The notes: a model not told the origin generated them from the letters alone. A stretch of DNA of 64,000 bases from Eledone cirrhosa (GCA_964016885.1 OZ024742.1:114886001-114950000); one strand, 5' to 3'. Counted from the stretch's first letter, positions 1 to 13,010 are shown. Numbers and translations are program-made.

Positions 1-845
1 TTCGATGTTCCTGTCCTTGAGGTCCCAGATCAAGTCGACCAGTCTGATTTGGGATCGTTTCAGCCTATATTTAAAGGAGCTTCTATGGTTATACCAGCGC
101 TCCTTAAACGTAGTGGAGGTCGCACCTATATATGAGTACTCCTTATTGCCGGCTGTGACACTACACCGGTAAACAATGTGTTTAACGAGGCACTCCCCCT
201 TTAGTGGCATTCAGCCCGTTTTTTGCAGTTGCCGTTGGGTGTTACCGGTTGGTGAAACGTTGCCGGTTGGTGGCGTGTTGTGTGGAGCTGGCATGTGGGT
301 TGTTGTGTTGTTGTTGTTGTGTTGTGTATGTGGTTTCGTTCTGGATTGTGGTAGTGGTTTGTTTCGGGGAAACCATGTGTTTTCGTATTTTTGTCCTATT
401 GGTGTGTGCTATTGTGTGTCCTAGATTTGGTGCTGTGGAGAAAGAGAATTTGACAGTGTGTCTATTAAAGAGCTTGTGGTATTTATGTATGTGTGGAAAA
501 GATTGTTCAAGAGCCCTGAAGAAGGTTCCCGGTATATTGCTGGCAACGTTTATATAATACGGAGCGTTGTACCATGTGACAGGTCTACTTCGGGCTGTGC
601 TGTGTTTAGTGAGATTTTTGTGGTTAGGTGGTAGTGTGTGTGCGTTTTGTCAGGTGTGTGTGTCATAAAGTTTCCTAGTAATCTATTGGCGTTATTTCTT
701 TTGTCTCTATTACTACGTAAATGTCTGCGATAGTCGGAGTCCTTATTGGGGTTGGAGAGTATCGCTTAATCTCCTTGACGGTTGTGTGTGACGCTGGCTG
801 CCCTGGCGGCTACAGAGGGTCTTAGGTTATTATTATCAACCTCCC
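1..845 (-). mobile_element. Penelope-like retroelement fragment (RT-EN linker + GIY-YIG N-half), Cys-rich 'CNC...CPL.G.C' type (tentatively Nematis-like); runs off the window edge
   Basis: Manual minus-strand translation gives ...VTWYNAPYYINVASNIPGTFFRALEQSFPHIHKYHKLFNRHTVKFSFSTAPNL... and ...NCKKRAECPLKGECLVKHIVYRCSVTAGNKEYSYIGATSTTFKERWYNHRSSF (GIY-YIG as IVY/YIG). Confidence 0.85.
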
Positions 846-1497
846 TCTATATTTTTACTACGCCACCCCCATCGATACTCCCCCTCTCTCTATATATCCA
901 CACGCGCGCATGAGCATATATATGTGTGTGTATATATGCATATAGATATATGTACGTGTGGATGTATGTGGGCGCCTGTATGGGTGTGTATATAGGTGTA
1001 TATGTATGTATATATGTCAGTACATATGCGCATGTATATATATACAACGTATTTGTCAGACTAAGAGTGTCTAGATATGTACCTTCCCATGGACTTGATA
1101 CCACCAACACATCCACCACACCACCACAATCGCCACTACCATAAACAACAACACTACAATCACGCCCCACACAATAACCAGCCAAATATATATGCCAACC
1201 TGTCTACCGACAATCCACTACCCCCACACCACAGCCCATCGCAGCCAGCGACCGTCACCAACATCTTATCACCCCCCCCCCCACTATACACTACATGCCA
1301 ATACATCCCTATGGTCTTTTCCACCAATCAAAGCAACTCATATTGTACAACTTATGAACTTCTGACTTTATCACATAGCATGTATTCCTTTTCTTATACC
1401 ATTTTTTACCATCGAGCTGCCGATTATTGAATCGGGTAAGATCGATACAGATCGAGCCTTGTAATGAGGGAGTAACCAATCCACCTTGTTATGCTTT

Positions 1498-1533
<36 letters not shown>

Positions 1534-1732
1534 TTACATACATATTATTTTTTTGTTAAAATGATAAATTTAAATTAATTCAACAGTTCAATACACATAT
1601 GAATAATACCCTTGTTACCAGCCAAAAGATTGACAAGTCTACCCTAAATATGACTTATTGCTGTAAGAAAGCCATGAACGAATCCAATGACAGGTTCTCC
1701 ACCGTCTCTTATAACTGCTAGTCAACTGTTAC

Positions 1733-1735
<3 letters not shown>

Positions 1736-1769
<34 letters not shown>

Positions 1770-1802
1770 TGCATGTAAGATTCAAACTTACAATGATTGG
1801 CA

Positions 1803-1890
<88 letters not shown>
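1736..1890. repeat. (TA)n microsatellites; left insertion site of PLE-A
   Basis: Pure TA runs at ~1736-1766 and ~1807-1890 abut the PLE-A end. Confidence 0.95.
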
Positions 1891-1893
<3 letters not shown>

Positions 1894-2724
1894 AGGGTGT
1901 TAAAGTTTGCTTGAAGCATTGTGAAATGTGTAAAATACGTATTTAAGAAAGCCACAACAATGCAGAGGGAAATCTCGAGGTAGGAAGTGAAAGATAGATA
2001 GGAAAAACAGGTGAAAGTGAAAATTGAGAGAGACAAAGATGAAAACAAAACAAAGGTAGAAGGGTTACCGTAGTAGAGATTTAATCCCAATATTTCGGGC
2101 TCACGCCCATCAACGGGGGAAAAGTTCCCAAAGGGGGGGAACAGGCCAAGCGGAGAAAGTTGTGATGTCGTTAAGACAGGAATGCCGTTATGGGGAGAAA
2201 ATTATTTAAAATTTAAACGAGGGAAAGAATGCGCGTGCGCGTGATAGGCTGTGGCAAAAACTACTGACCAAAAGGGTTAAATCAAGAGGGTGCGCTAGCG
2301 TGTGAAAGCCGTAAGATATGTGTGTGTAAATAAATATGTGTGTGTAACTGTGTGTGTATAAGTGTAAGTGTGTATATGTGTGAGTGTGTGTGTGTGTGAA
2401 AGATAGTGGGCTGTAGAAGCTGGAAATCAAAGGGTGTGAAAGGTGGTAGGTTGTAAAACATGTGTGCGTGTATAAATATAGATGTGTGTGTGTAAGCGTA
2501 TGGGTATACGTGTGTGTGTAACTGTGTGTGTATATGTGTGAGTGCGTTTGTGTGTGAAAGATAGTGGGCTGTAGAAGCTGGAAATCAAAGGGTGTGAAAG
2601 GTGGTAGGTTGTAAAAACATGTGTGCGTGTATAAATATAGATGTGTGTGTGTATGCGTATGGGTATGTATATACGTGCGTGTGTGTGAAGATAGCAGGCC
2701 GTAGGCTGTGAATGGTCACTATGG

Positions 2725-5345
2725 TTAAGTTAGCCATGTCAGCTCATTTCTCTCAGCCCGGTTGTTAAGTGGGGGTCTGAGGTTCTTAATAACAAGTGCT
2801 TCCTTTATCCTTAAGGATCAGATGCTGCGTTCAGTCGCTAGGACAGTGACCAAGGTTCTACCCTGTGGGTTTCCGCATTTAAGGATGTGTTTACGGAAGG
2901 AAGATGCGTTGGTGTTGATATGTTCCTTGATACGAACATGTAGGGGTCGGATGGTGCTACCTATGTAAAACTTGTTACATTTATCGTATTGAATCTTATA
3001 TACGACATAGGTGCGTAGGCATTCTGCCCCCCGTATCGGGCAGTTGCTGAGGGAACACGTCCCATCTGACTCGTCGGGTTTGTTGGAGAGGCATCTTCGC
3101 AGCGAAGGTCCTGTGTGGGCCAAATGTATGTCAAGTCCCTCCGTCCGTATGGCCCTGAGGATGGCGTTCGTGGTATATTCCCTCAGGTGGGGGATTTTAA
3201 AGAAGCACCTGCTATTATTTAATTTTCTAGTGGGTGTCTGTCTATTGGGTCTGGGGTCTCTAATACCGTTAATCAGTCGCTTGGGATAACCATTAGATCT
3301 GAGTAGATTACGGAATTGCGTGGTATGGGTGAGACCACCCATCGGGTCGCTGCATCTGTTAGTGATCCGTGTCAGTTCATTTAGGACATAGCCTCTCTTA
3401 GCGTTGTTGGGGAGGGCTAAGTTATAATGCACAAATAAGTCCTTGCACGCTGCTTTGCGGTAGAAGGTGGTGTTTATGTCTCCTTCTTCCGAGATGTTGA
3501 TACGGAAGTCGAGGAGGGCGAGTGACCCGTCTTCTCCTGGGTGTTCGATGGTGAAATCGACGTGATGGTCAGTATCGTTGAAGATTTGGTGAATTTCATT
3601 CGCCATCTCCCGGGAAGAAGTAAGTATCAGGATATCATCAACGTATCTGGAGTAGAAGGCGACGGCGTTGGGTTGGCAGGTATTGAGTGCCTTGCGTTCC
3701 AGGTGGTCCATGTACGAGATCGCAAGTATGCCCGACAGACTAGAGCCCATAGGTATCCCAGAGATTTGTTTGTACGTGTGGCCGAGGAAATTGAAGAGTG
3801 CATTATCCACAACGAAGGAGAGGAGTTGGTGGATGTCCGTGTGTGTGAGTCCGAAGCAGTGTAAGTTAGATGCTCGGACTCGTTCGGTCAACAGGTCGAC
3901 AGCTGGGGATGCTGGTACGGAGGTATAAAGGGCGACCACATCAAGACTGAAGGCATAACCGTTGTCCTTTCTGGTGTTGGGCGCCAGATGGTGTAGTCGC
4001 CCCAAGACTTCCTTTGAGCTGCAGACGTGGGCTGGTAGTGTGTGTAGAATAGGTTTCAGTAGTGTGGAGAGCAGCCACGATATTTTGTAGAGTGGGCCCT
4101 CCACGCTAGAGACAATGGGCCTGATTTTCAAAAGGGGTCCTTGTTTATGTGTTTTGACCAGGTGGTAGAAGGTGGGTAATTTGCTGTTTCGAGTCATTAT
4201 GTTGTTTTTTACCTTCTTTGGCAGTTTTCGTTGGACACAGATGTTAGTCCATATGGTGTTAATGCCTTCCTCGATTAGAGTCGAGGAGGTCCCTGTGACT
4301 TTCGAGTAGAGGTTGTGGTCATTAAGATGTTGAAGAGCTAAGTTGTTGTAGGTCTCTCTCGAGATGACACAGAATTCTTTCTCCTTGTCAGAGGGAAGGT
4401 ACACAAGGTTCCTGGATCTTAGGTTGGTGAGAGTATTAAATTGTGCATTGGTGAGGTTGCGTTTATTGTGTGTGTGTGTGTGTTGGGAAAGGATGTTAGA
4501 GATAGAATGTTTCAACCTGAGTAGTTTAGTGTCAAGTTCGTGGTTGGTGGGTGTGGGGTGGAGTGGGTTGTCGAGGTGATACGTGGGGAGTGTGGGGTGG
4601 GTTGTGGGGTTGTAATCGATCTCGGTGTTGTTTTGGATGGCGGTTAGCCATTTCAGTTGATATGCTGTCCGACAGAAGTTGGTTTCGATGTCGAGTTTCA
4701 GTCTATCATCGAGACGCTGTGTAATGATGAACTTGGGTCCGAGGCGCAGAAGTTCGAGTTCGTTGTTGGTGAGGGTACCGGTTAAGTCGGTAACGAGGTG
4801 TGAAGCATCGTTGGTAGGTAGATCGATGTTGGGGGGTGTAGCGGAGGGTGTTGTATATGTTGCCCCTGGTGTGGTTGTAGTCGGTCCGTCTGTGGGAGCG
4901 GATGTTGTCATTGTAGTATTTGTTTCCGTATAAGGCGCTGTTTATCATATTTGACTCTGGTGTGGTAACACTGATCTGTAGCTTTGCGTATATCCTGGAC
5001 TTGGTGGTCAGGGGTGAGGGTTGGAGCTATACGATCTATGTGCTCGGAAAGCGTTTGTATATGGAGTCGAAGTTGGTGGTGGTTGTGTCGTAGTATTTTC
5101 TTGATAAACGTGCGTTGAATGTGGCGGATGGTGTTTTCGAAGGATGGTGATCGTAAACATTCGGGTAGATGTATATTCCTGATGGTGATTGGAATGATGT
5201 TGTTCTTTAGGCAGCGTTTTAAGAAGGTGATTTGGCAACCGAGTTTGGCACGATTCTCCGATAGTCTGAATAGGTCCCTTGTGGGTGCAAACAAGTCCTG
5301 GCTCAGGTGTAATGATAAGAGGGTGTTAAAGTTTGCTTGAAGCTT
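2725..5345 (-). pseudogene. PLE-A polyprotein: N-terminal domain + reverse transcriptase + GIY-YIG endonuclease (disrupted)
   Basis: Motifs FLKRCLKNNIIP, KIRPIVS, FSLDVVALYTSVP, QISGIPMGSSLSG, YSRYVDD, LALLDFRI, FYRK, VVYKIQ..C..FYIGST..RIKEH. Frameshift near 4911-4930. TGA at 2818-2820 where the inverted copy has GGA. Start codon reads AAG at 5343-5345. Confidence 0.93.
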
Positions 5346-5938
5346 TGTGAAATGTGTAAAATATGTATTTAAGAAAGCCACAACAATGCAGAGGGAAATC
5401 TCGAGGTAGGAAGTGAAAGATAGATAGGAAAAACAGGTGAAAGTGAAAATTGAGAGAGACAAAGATGAAAACAAAACAAAGGTAGAAGGGTTACCGTAGT
5501 AGAGATTTAATCCCAATATTTCGGGCTAACGCCCATCAACGGGGGAAAGTTCCAAAAGGGGGGAACAGGCCAAGCGGAGAAAGTTGTGATGTCGTTAAGA
5601 CAGGAATGCCGTTATGGGGAGAAAATTATTTAAAATTTAAACGAGGGAAAGAATGCGCGTGCGCGTGATAGGCTGTGGCAAAAGCTACTGACCAAATGGG
5701 TTAAATCAAGAGGGTGCGCTAGCGTGTGAAAGCCGTAAGATATGTGTGTGTAAATATATATGTGTGTGTAACTGTGTGTGTATAAGTGTAAGTGTGTATA
5801 TGTGTGAGTGTGTGTGTGTGTGAAAGATAGTGGGCTGTAGAAGCTGGAAATCAAAGGGTGTGAAAGGTGGTAGGTTGTAAAACATGTGTGCGTGTATAAA
5901 TATAGATGTGTGTGTGTAAGCGTATGGGTATACGTGTG
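5315..5938 (-). repeat. 5' pseudo-LTR of PLE-A (direct repeat of ~1890-2513)
   Basis: Near-identical to 1890-2513, including the CA-rich tract, the HHR-like motif and the ORF start region. Confidence 0.92.
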
Positions 5939-6039
5939 TATGTCAAGTCCCTCCGTCCATATGGCCCTGCGGATGGCGTTCGTGGTATATTCACTCAGGT
6001 GGGGGATTTTAAAGAAGCAGATTTTAAAGAAGCAGATTT

Positions 6040-7321
6040 TAATAACAGCAGGTGCTTCTTTAAAATCCCCCACCTGAGTGAATATACCACGAACGCCATC
6101 CGCAGGGCCATACGGACGGAGGGACTTGACATGCATTTGGCCCACACAGGACCTTCGCTGCGAAGATGCCTCTCCAACAAACCCGACGAGTCAGATGGGA
6201 CGTGTTCCCTCAGCAACTGCCCGATACGGGGGGCAGATTGCCTACGCACCTATGTCGTATATAAGATTCAATGCGATAAATGTAACAAGTTTTACGTAGG
6301 TAGCACCATCCGACCCCTACATGTTCGTATCAAGGAACATATCAACACCAACGCATCTTCCTTCTGTAAACACATCCTTAAATGCGGAAACCCACAGGGT
6401 AGACCCTTGGTCACTGACCTAGCGACTGAACGCAGCATCGGATCCTTAAGGATAAAGGAAGCACTTGTTATTAAGAACCTCAGATCCCCACTTAACAACC
6501 GGGCTGAGAGAAATGAGCTGACATGGCTAACTTAACCATAGTGACCATTCACAGCCTACGGCCTGCTATCTTCACACACACGCACGTATATGCATACCCA
6601 TACGCATACACACACACATCTATATTTATACACGCACACATGTTTTTACAACCTACCACCTTTCACACCCTTTGATTTCCAGCTTCTACAGCCCACTATC
6701 TTTCACACACAAACGCACTCACACATATACACACACAGTTACACATACACGTATACCCATACGCTTACACACACACATCTATATTTATACACGCACACAT
6801 GTTTTACAACCTACCACCTTTCACACCCTTTGATTTCCAGCTTCTACAGCCCACTATCTTTCACACACACACACACTCACACATATACACACTTACACTT
6901 ATACACACACAGTTACACACACATATATATTTACACACACATATCTTACGGCTTTCACACGCTAGCGCACCCTCTTGATTTAACCCATTTGGTCAGTAGT
7001 TTTTGCCACAGCCTATCACGCGCACGCGCATTCTTTCCCTCGTTTAAATTTTAAATAATTTTCTCCCCATAACGGCATTCCTGTCTTAACGACATCACAA
7101 CTCTCTCGGCTTGGCCTGTTCCCGCCCTTTTGGAACTTTCCCCCGTTGATGGGCGTGAGCCCGAAATATTGGGATTAAATCTCTACTACGGTAACCCTTC
7201 TACCTTTGTTTTGTTTTCATCTTTGTCTCTCTCAATTTTCACTTTCACCTGTTTTTCCTATCTATCTTTCACTTCCTACCTCGAGATTTCCCTCTGCATT
7301 GTTGTGGCTTTCTTAAATACG

Positions 7322-7327
<6 letters not shown>
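6040..7327 (+). mobile_element. Inverted copy of PLE-A GIY-YIG domain + 3' UTR/pLTR
   Basis: ORF 5906..6535 contains an intact EN C-terminus (YVVYKIQCDKCNKFYVGST...IKEALVIKNLRSPLNNRAE). Reverse complement of ~1931-3220. Confidence 0.93.
7139..7174 (+). ncRNA. Minimal hammerhead-like motif with variant core in the PLE-A pLTR (also 2085-2120 and 5511-5546 on -)
   Basis: TCCC | CCGTTGA | T GGGC-GTGA-GCCC | GAAA TATT | GGGA. Topology of a minimal type I HHR, but the core deviates from CUGANGA. Confidence 0.5.
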
Positions 7328-7388
<61 letters not shown>

Positions 7389-7710
7389 TACACACACATC
7401 ATTCTACTTACTTATACACACATATTTCTTCTTAGCTTCATACGGACGTATAATAACACACACATACACACACACACATATGCATACGCAGGCGCCCAGG
7501 TAAAGCTCTTTTTACAAAATGCTTTTTTTCCATTTCATATACAAGCTTTTCATCCTCTTTTCTAAAAAATAAATTATACGCAAAATGACAGCTTCAATAG
7601 TTTTCCAAAAGATGTCAACATCAAAGCACTTGTCATTTTTATCTAAATAGATTTTTCCCAATTCCAACCTGCTCGTCACTTCAATCTATCTTATTTCACA
7701 TTCTTTTTTT

Positions 7711-7743
7711 CTGATGAAGGACTAGCGTACGAAACATTAAGTT
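7711..7743 (+). ncRNA. Degenerate minimal hammerhead motif in a PLE pLTR remnant (~7490-7800, ends at (TA)n)
   Basis: CTGATGA-AGGACTAGCGTAC-GAAAC-ATTAA-GTT. Stem II has one mismatch and stem I is poorly formed. Confidence 0.55.
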
Positions 7744-7796
7744 CCTCTTCCTGCTATTTCAAAGGTTAAAATAATACATTCGTTTCCTATACCGTC

Positions 7797-7831
<35 letters not shown>

Positions 7832-8599
7832 GCCCCACACATATACCCCCCCCCCCACACACACACATATATATATATATTTACATATAGTTCTTCGAAA
7901 TGCACAATACTTTTTTCCTCTTTTTTGATCTTCTCACTCTCCACACCTCTTTCGACTAAAATAATATATAATTGAAACTCTCATCTTTGAAAAAATTCAT
8001 CTCACACAAGATAATATATAATTTTCTCTGCGTACTTTCTGAGTAAATCATTCATTAAATTTAACGATTAGCAAATAAAATTGGTGTTATGTTTTCCTTT
8101 TCAATTGAGGAAACATAAACATTATAACATGTATGATAAACTATATAACTTCGCTAAATTAACAATATTCTGAATACATTTTCAATGTTGGAACAAACTA
8201 TTTGAATCTATAATTTGTTCTCCTCTTACAACTAGAACTACGTCTTTTTCTTAAATATTTTTTAAAGTAAAATCCAAATTCAACTTCCTTCGTAACTCAT
8301 ATGAGAAATGTAAACAGTTAATACGTGTGGTTTATTTCTATAACATCACCAATAATACTTATACCTGCACAATTATTAATCTACATAGATATTTATTTAC
8401 TTACAACCTGTTGTAATGTAATAAGATAAAATGTATAATTCTTCATATAATCTAATTGATTATATATACAATATTATAACTCAGAATATAGCTAAATAAT
8501 TGTTTTCATTCTGGAATCATATTCCACCATTGCTACAAACTGTTAATTCTTTATAAATTAACGTATATACAAGCTCTTCTTTCTTTCCCTTTCTACTTC

Positions 8600-8990
8600 C
8601 TACACATATCTTAATAATTATTTAAATCTACATAGCGTCGGCCGCCTGGGGTAGAAGCTGCTAAATGTTCGGTCGCCTTAATGTCTCTGCTTTTCAGCCC
8701 CATGGAGTTTGGCTAGTATATTCCTTTTTTCATATTTCGAATACTTGATGATGTCACCGGATTCATACTGAACGCGGTCTTTGAAATGATCATAGTATAA
8801 TAAATCTTTTAAGGAATTACACCAGTCCAGACTCCTGTTATTTTATAATAATTAACTCCCTACTAGCACCACCAACTACACAGACGATGACGTGTGAGTT
8901 GCATTACGTTGAGTGTTCACCATAATATTACATCGAGGTTGACCATACGGAATGACCAGTTCTATCCAATGGTGAACCAACAAACCTAAA
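8600..8990 (-). mobile_element. Highly decayed PLE GIY-YIG fragment
   Basis: Minus-strand remnants resembling 'CN....C.VGG', 'F K.R.Y.H..SF' and 'TPGGRR.C', with many indels. Confidence 0.35.
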
Positions 8991-9021
8991 TAAATAACTA
9001 AATATATATATATATATATAT

Positions 9022-9406
9022 ACTAAAAGTTATGAAATGAAAGGAGGTGTGTGGTTACTAAAAACAAGGTTTAGGATGGTGGTTAGGACGGAACAAGAGG
9101 AAAAAGGAAGAAAGTAGTTTCCATCGTCAGCTGTAAATGTTTCCCGAACCGATGTTTCGGCGCTGAATTACAGGACATCGCTGTAGTTCGGGTGCGCACG
9201 AGGCCTTTTATTAATCAAAAGGCCAGGTGGAAAAGGAGAGAGAAAAGGAAAGAGAGGGAAGGGAGGAAGAGCAGGAGGAGGGAGATCAGGAGAGAGGAAG
9301 AAAGAGGGAAGGGAAAAGAGGAAAACATAGGAAAGGATTAGGAGAAAAAAGTGTAGAGGTCATCGTGAGAAGACACAGGTGAAAGAAACATGCAATAGAG
9401 TAACCA
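9022..9406 (-). mobile_element. Probable solo PLE pLTR/3' end between two (TA)n runs, with a structured RNA motif
   Basis: Pyrimidine-rich - strand, flanked by TA repeats on both sides. Hairpin cluster at 9143-9224 and CTGACGA-TG-GAAAC on - at 9117-9130. Confidence 0.45.
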
Positions 9407-11199
9407 TATATATATATATATATATATATCGTTGGACTGCTGGGAGGGTTTGGGATGGGAAAATGTTTTATATGAATTAAAATGCAACTTCTCTCAAAAA
9501 TTAATCACAAAAATGTATAATGTTTTACTACCATATTCTTATTTTTTATTCTGTTTCTCATTGGAATAACAGCGAACACACCCGATTGAAAACATGTACG
9601 GTCTCCCAATTCTGGCGCGGAAAATCATACGCGAAAATTTTCATGTTACTGTGTTCTGGGAAGCCACGAAAGAGGTTTGCTAAGCTGGATAGTTTAACTT
9701 CGATCATAACTAGTTGGCTTCTGTTCACCAGAAATCTCCCAATCTAATGTGGATTCCAACAAAACTAATGTTGGATAGTTTCTACGAAGGGATGCTGTGA
9801 ACTGCCCCATCAAATGCCATTCAGAAATCAGGTATATACCATCTGTGTTTCAGCCTTTTCTCATAGACTTTAGAGTGTCAACAAATATGTGCAGAAGCTA
9901 CGTTCAGTAATCCCTTCTACCACAGCAAAATACCGTCTGGAATTCAGAAGGATGCGTTCGAGGAAGGGATTTGTTTCTGATTTCACCATCCTCTCAAAAG
10001 AAGTGACATGAGAAGTAAGTGAAGCTGAATGGTAATTCATTGCAAGATATTCCTTTACCTTTCACAATACTTATACAATTGAGTAGGTTAGCAAATGTAA
10101 AAGGAAATAGCATACACAGGAGATGCAATTGGTGTCCCTATTCTGTCTAGCCACCACATCTAATTTTAAAAAAATGATGTTTAGTGCTGATGAGAAATAA
10201 TGTTTACCTAGCGTTACGTAAGATATATCAGGTGAGGGTTTACCAGCATTGCTACTGACCAGATGAACCATGTTAGGAATGTTAAAATCAGAGCATATTT
10301 TCTGCCTAATATATCCCAAGTTTTTTCCATTATCACGACGAATGTAATTTTTTTCAAGGATTCAAATGAGAAGAATAAATTGGCATAGAGTTTAATTTTT
10401 GTCAATGGCTCTGTCAGCCTTTATTTCTATTATTGGTGTTAAGAGTCGAGCATTCTCGTGGAAGAATAAATCTATTGCACCCTACAGTATTTTGGTTGTA
10501 TGATGTATTTATTAAGACAATTAAGAATATTCGCAGCTGATTCCAAGCTCAGGAAGCCTGCCAATTGGATTTTGTTGCTGTTATACAATGTTTGGAAAAA
10601 TGTGTTCTAGTAAATGAGTATAAATTGACAAGCCAGCTTTGGTATAAAGAATGAATTTAAGTTAATGCTCAGATGAAAAAGAAGCTTTATAACACTGGAG
10701 ACCTTCGGTAACATTCGATGACAGGCCATAACTAATTGAGTCGACAAGAAAATCCCAAACACAATTCTCTTAAAGCCACCGTTGAAGCTGTATAATTCGT
10801 ATGATGTGTTATGTATTTCCTCGTCATTGCCTAAATGACATGGGCATCAAATTTGAAATGCGCCATTAAATCCAAATTTTACTGCATCCAATCTGAATCT
10901 GCCCACCACGTTGTTCCTAAATACATAGTTGGATGATGATTTAGCATGTACCAAATAATATGATTCACAGCTAAATTGATGACATTCTCGCCCATCAAAC
11001 GTTCAAGCAAATATTCAATAAGGCCATGGATATTTTCTTATCACACAGCATCTTCATCTCACACAATCTAATGTAACTAAACTCAAATATAACAATGTTG
11101 CAAACGATTTTGTGACTAATTCAGGTGAAGTGGTTTGGAGCTGTCCACATTCTAAAAACGATGAAAAAACGTGGCAAATAAAAACACAGCAAAACATCG

Positions 11200-11735
11200 T
11201 CACAAACATTCTCACATACGATACAGGAAACATTATATGGTCTAGATTGTGCTAATATCGCTGTGAACATGAACTACGACATGATACTGCAAACACAATA
11301 GACGACAATGAAGATGTATTGCACATGCTAAATGACCTAAAGTCCCCACGAATGTATATCATCCCATCAGATCCACTCCACTATCCAGAGCCAATTATAA
11401 GCATGTGACCGACAGATATCAATTAGGTGATATTGATTTACTGTGACGCAATAAAGTATAACATTCTAAAATGCGAAAATGCAATCAACTCAGAAAAGGC
11501 CAGAATTCTATTGCATAGCCATAACTGTGATATAACACCCAATATCATGCTGAACAGAAGAAATTGACTTGTTTTGTGTACTTAGGAACCACGCTGAGCA
11601 TTGACTGAAACTCACTAGAGGAGATAATGACATAATCGGGACGTAGCGACTTCTGTTATAGATAATCAGCACCCACAAATATTCATAGAGGCTGAAGTTG
11701 TAGACATGATCACTTCTGTATGATTGTGAAAATTA
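11200..11735 (+). mobile_element. Highly decayed RTE-type LINE RT fragment
   Basis: Remnants GLDCANIA (~DLDYADDIA), EEIDLF.YLG-like and LLYDCE (~LLYGCE) in collinear order. Confidence 0.4.
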
Positions 11736-11847
11736 GATTATTATTGCACTTATGAGAAGATTCTAGTTGTTCAAGAAGGAATACTACCCCCTTCACAAAC
11801 CTTTTCAAGCAGCAAGTAGACACACATATATTTAGGTATATATATAC

Positions 11848-11891
<44 letters not shown>

Positions 11892-11905
11892 ACACACACA
11901 CACCC

Positions 11906-11936
<31 letters not shown>

Positions 11937-12952
11937 TATATATATATATATATGTTTATAGGAATATATATTATAGAGACGAAATAATTGTTGGTTTTGT
12001 TACAAGGAAATCAATTTCATTGTGTCTTATCACAGAATCTTTCTTAATCGACTTTTGTAATACCTTACTTTGGATCAATCTTGATATCTATATATAGGAA
12101 TCTGGCTACTGTTCAATACTGAACGGACATGGTCCGGGATTACGTCTTATACTACTTTGAAGACTTCAGAATCAGATTTGACACAGTTCAATAAAAGTAT
12201 TCCAACAGTGATTTTCTTTTGAACTGCATGTTAGTTTAGATTTATCATATATGTTTGGCATAAAAACGAAGCATTTTCACAAAAGTAAATACACTTAAGT
12301 CCACACTGTTTTGATCTTCCCAGCATAACTTCTATGAATTTCCAGCCAAAACCTGATCACATGAAAGAAGTACAGAACATTCTCAATTTGTTCCCTTCAT
12401 ATTTCGTCTGCAGCAGATGTAAAATATAATTTATCTATCTGAAAGATAAAACACAGGATTAACTTCTGACTAGATTACTGAGCAAAGATTAGTTGTTTTG
12501 GAAATATTTGATAGACAAGTTTTTAACTACTCTTATTTTCATTTTATTTTATTTGGTTATATGTTTATAGTAACGTAAAATTATATTGATACAATTTTCG
12601 TACCGCAAAGAGATTTTGAATACCGTTGATATTCAAAATCAATGTTTTTCTAGTCATATATCTATATTTCCCTTCTACTAGAGAAATCCGGCTAAGATCG
12701 TTATCTCAGATACGTGTGTTTCTTATATATTCGATTTTATGTTCAATTTATTTATTATATAAGGGACTCAGTTATATCCATACAGTTTATCCGTAATCCT
12801 TTAAGACTGACGAAATGTTAGAGCAAGGCTTTCTAATAGGGCACCACTAAAATTAATGGGTCCATTATACTTGAAGGAGAAAACTCCAGTCAATGTCTGA
12901 TCACAACTAGTTTACTTTAAAGATAGAGGAGTAATGGTTCCTTGTATTGAAC

Positions 12953-13006
<54 letters not shown>

Positions 13007-13010
<4 letters not shown>

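Larger units (their letters stand above)
1890..7327 (-). mobile_element. PLE-A: near full-length Penelope/Poseidon-type element with tandem pseudo-LTRs plus a 5' inverted segment, inserted in (TA)n
   Basis: RT+GIY-YIG ORF on the - strand. Direct repeat (pLTR) at ~1890-2513 and ~5315-5938. Inverted copy of EN+3' end at ~6040-7327. (TA)n on both sides. Confidence 0.95.

Noticed and set aside
1410-1500. Hairpin CCGATT-ATTG-AATCGG near a (TA)n boundary as a ribozyme
   Set aside because: Probably a PLE end, but no hammerhead core can be fitted.
2818-2820. TGA in the PLE-A endonuclease as selenocysteine or readthrough
   Set aside because: The inverted copy has GGA (Gly) at this codon; it is a simple point mutation.
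9500-11000. Possible decayed piggyBac or other DNA transposon
   Set aside because: Only a faint NVT.DNYFSS-like resemblance; no TIRs, TTAA TSD or continuous homology visible.
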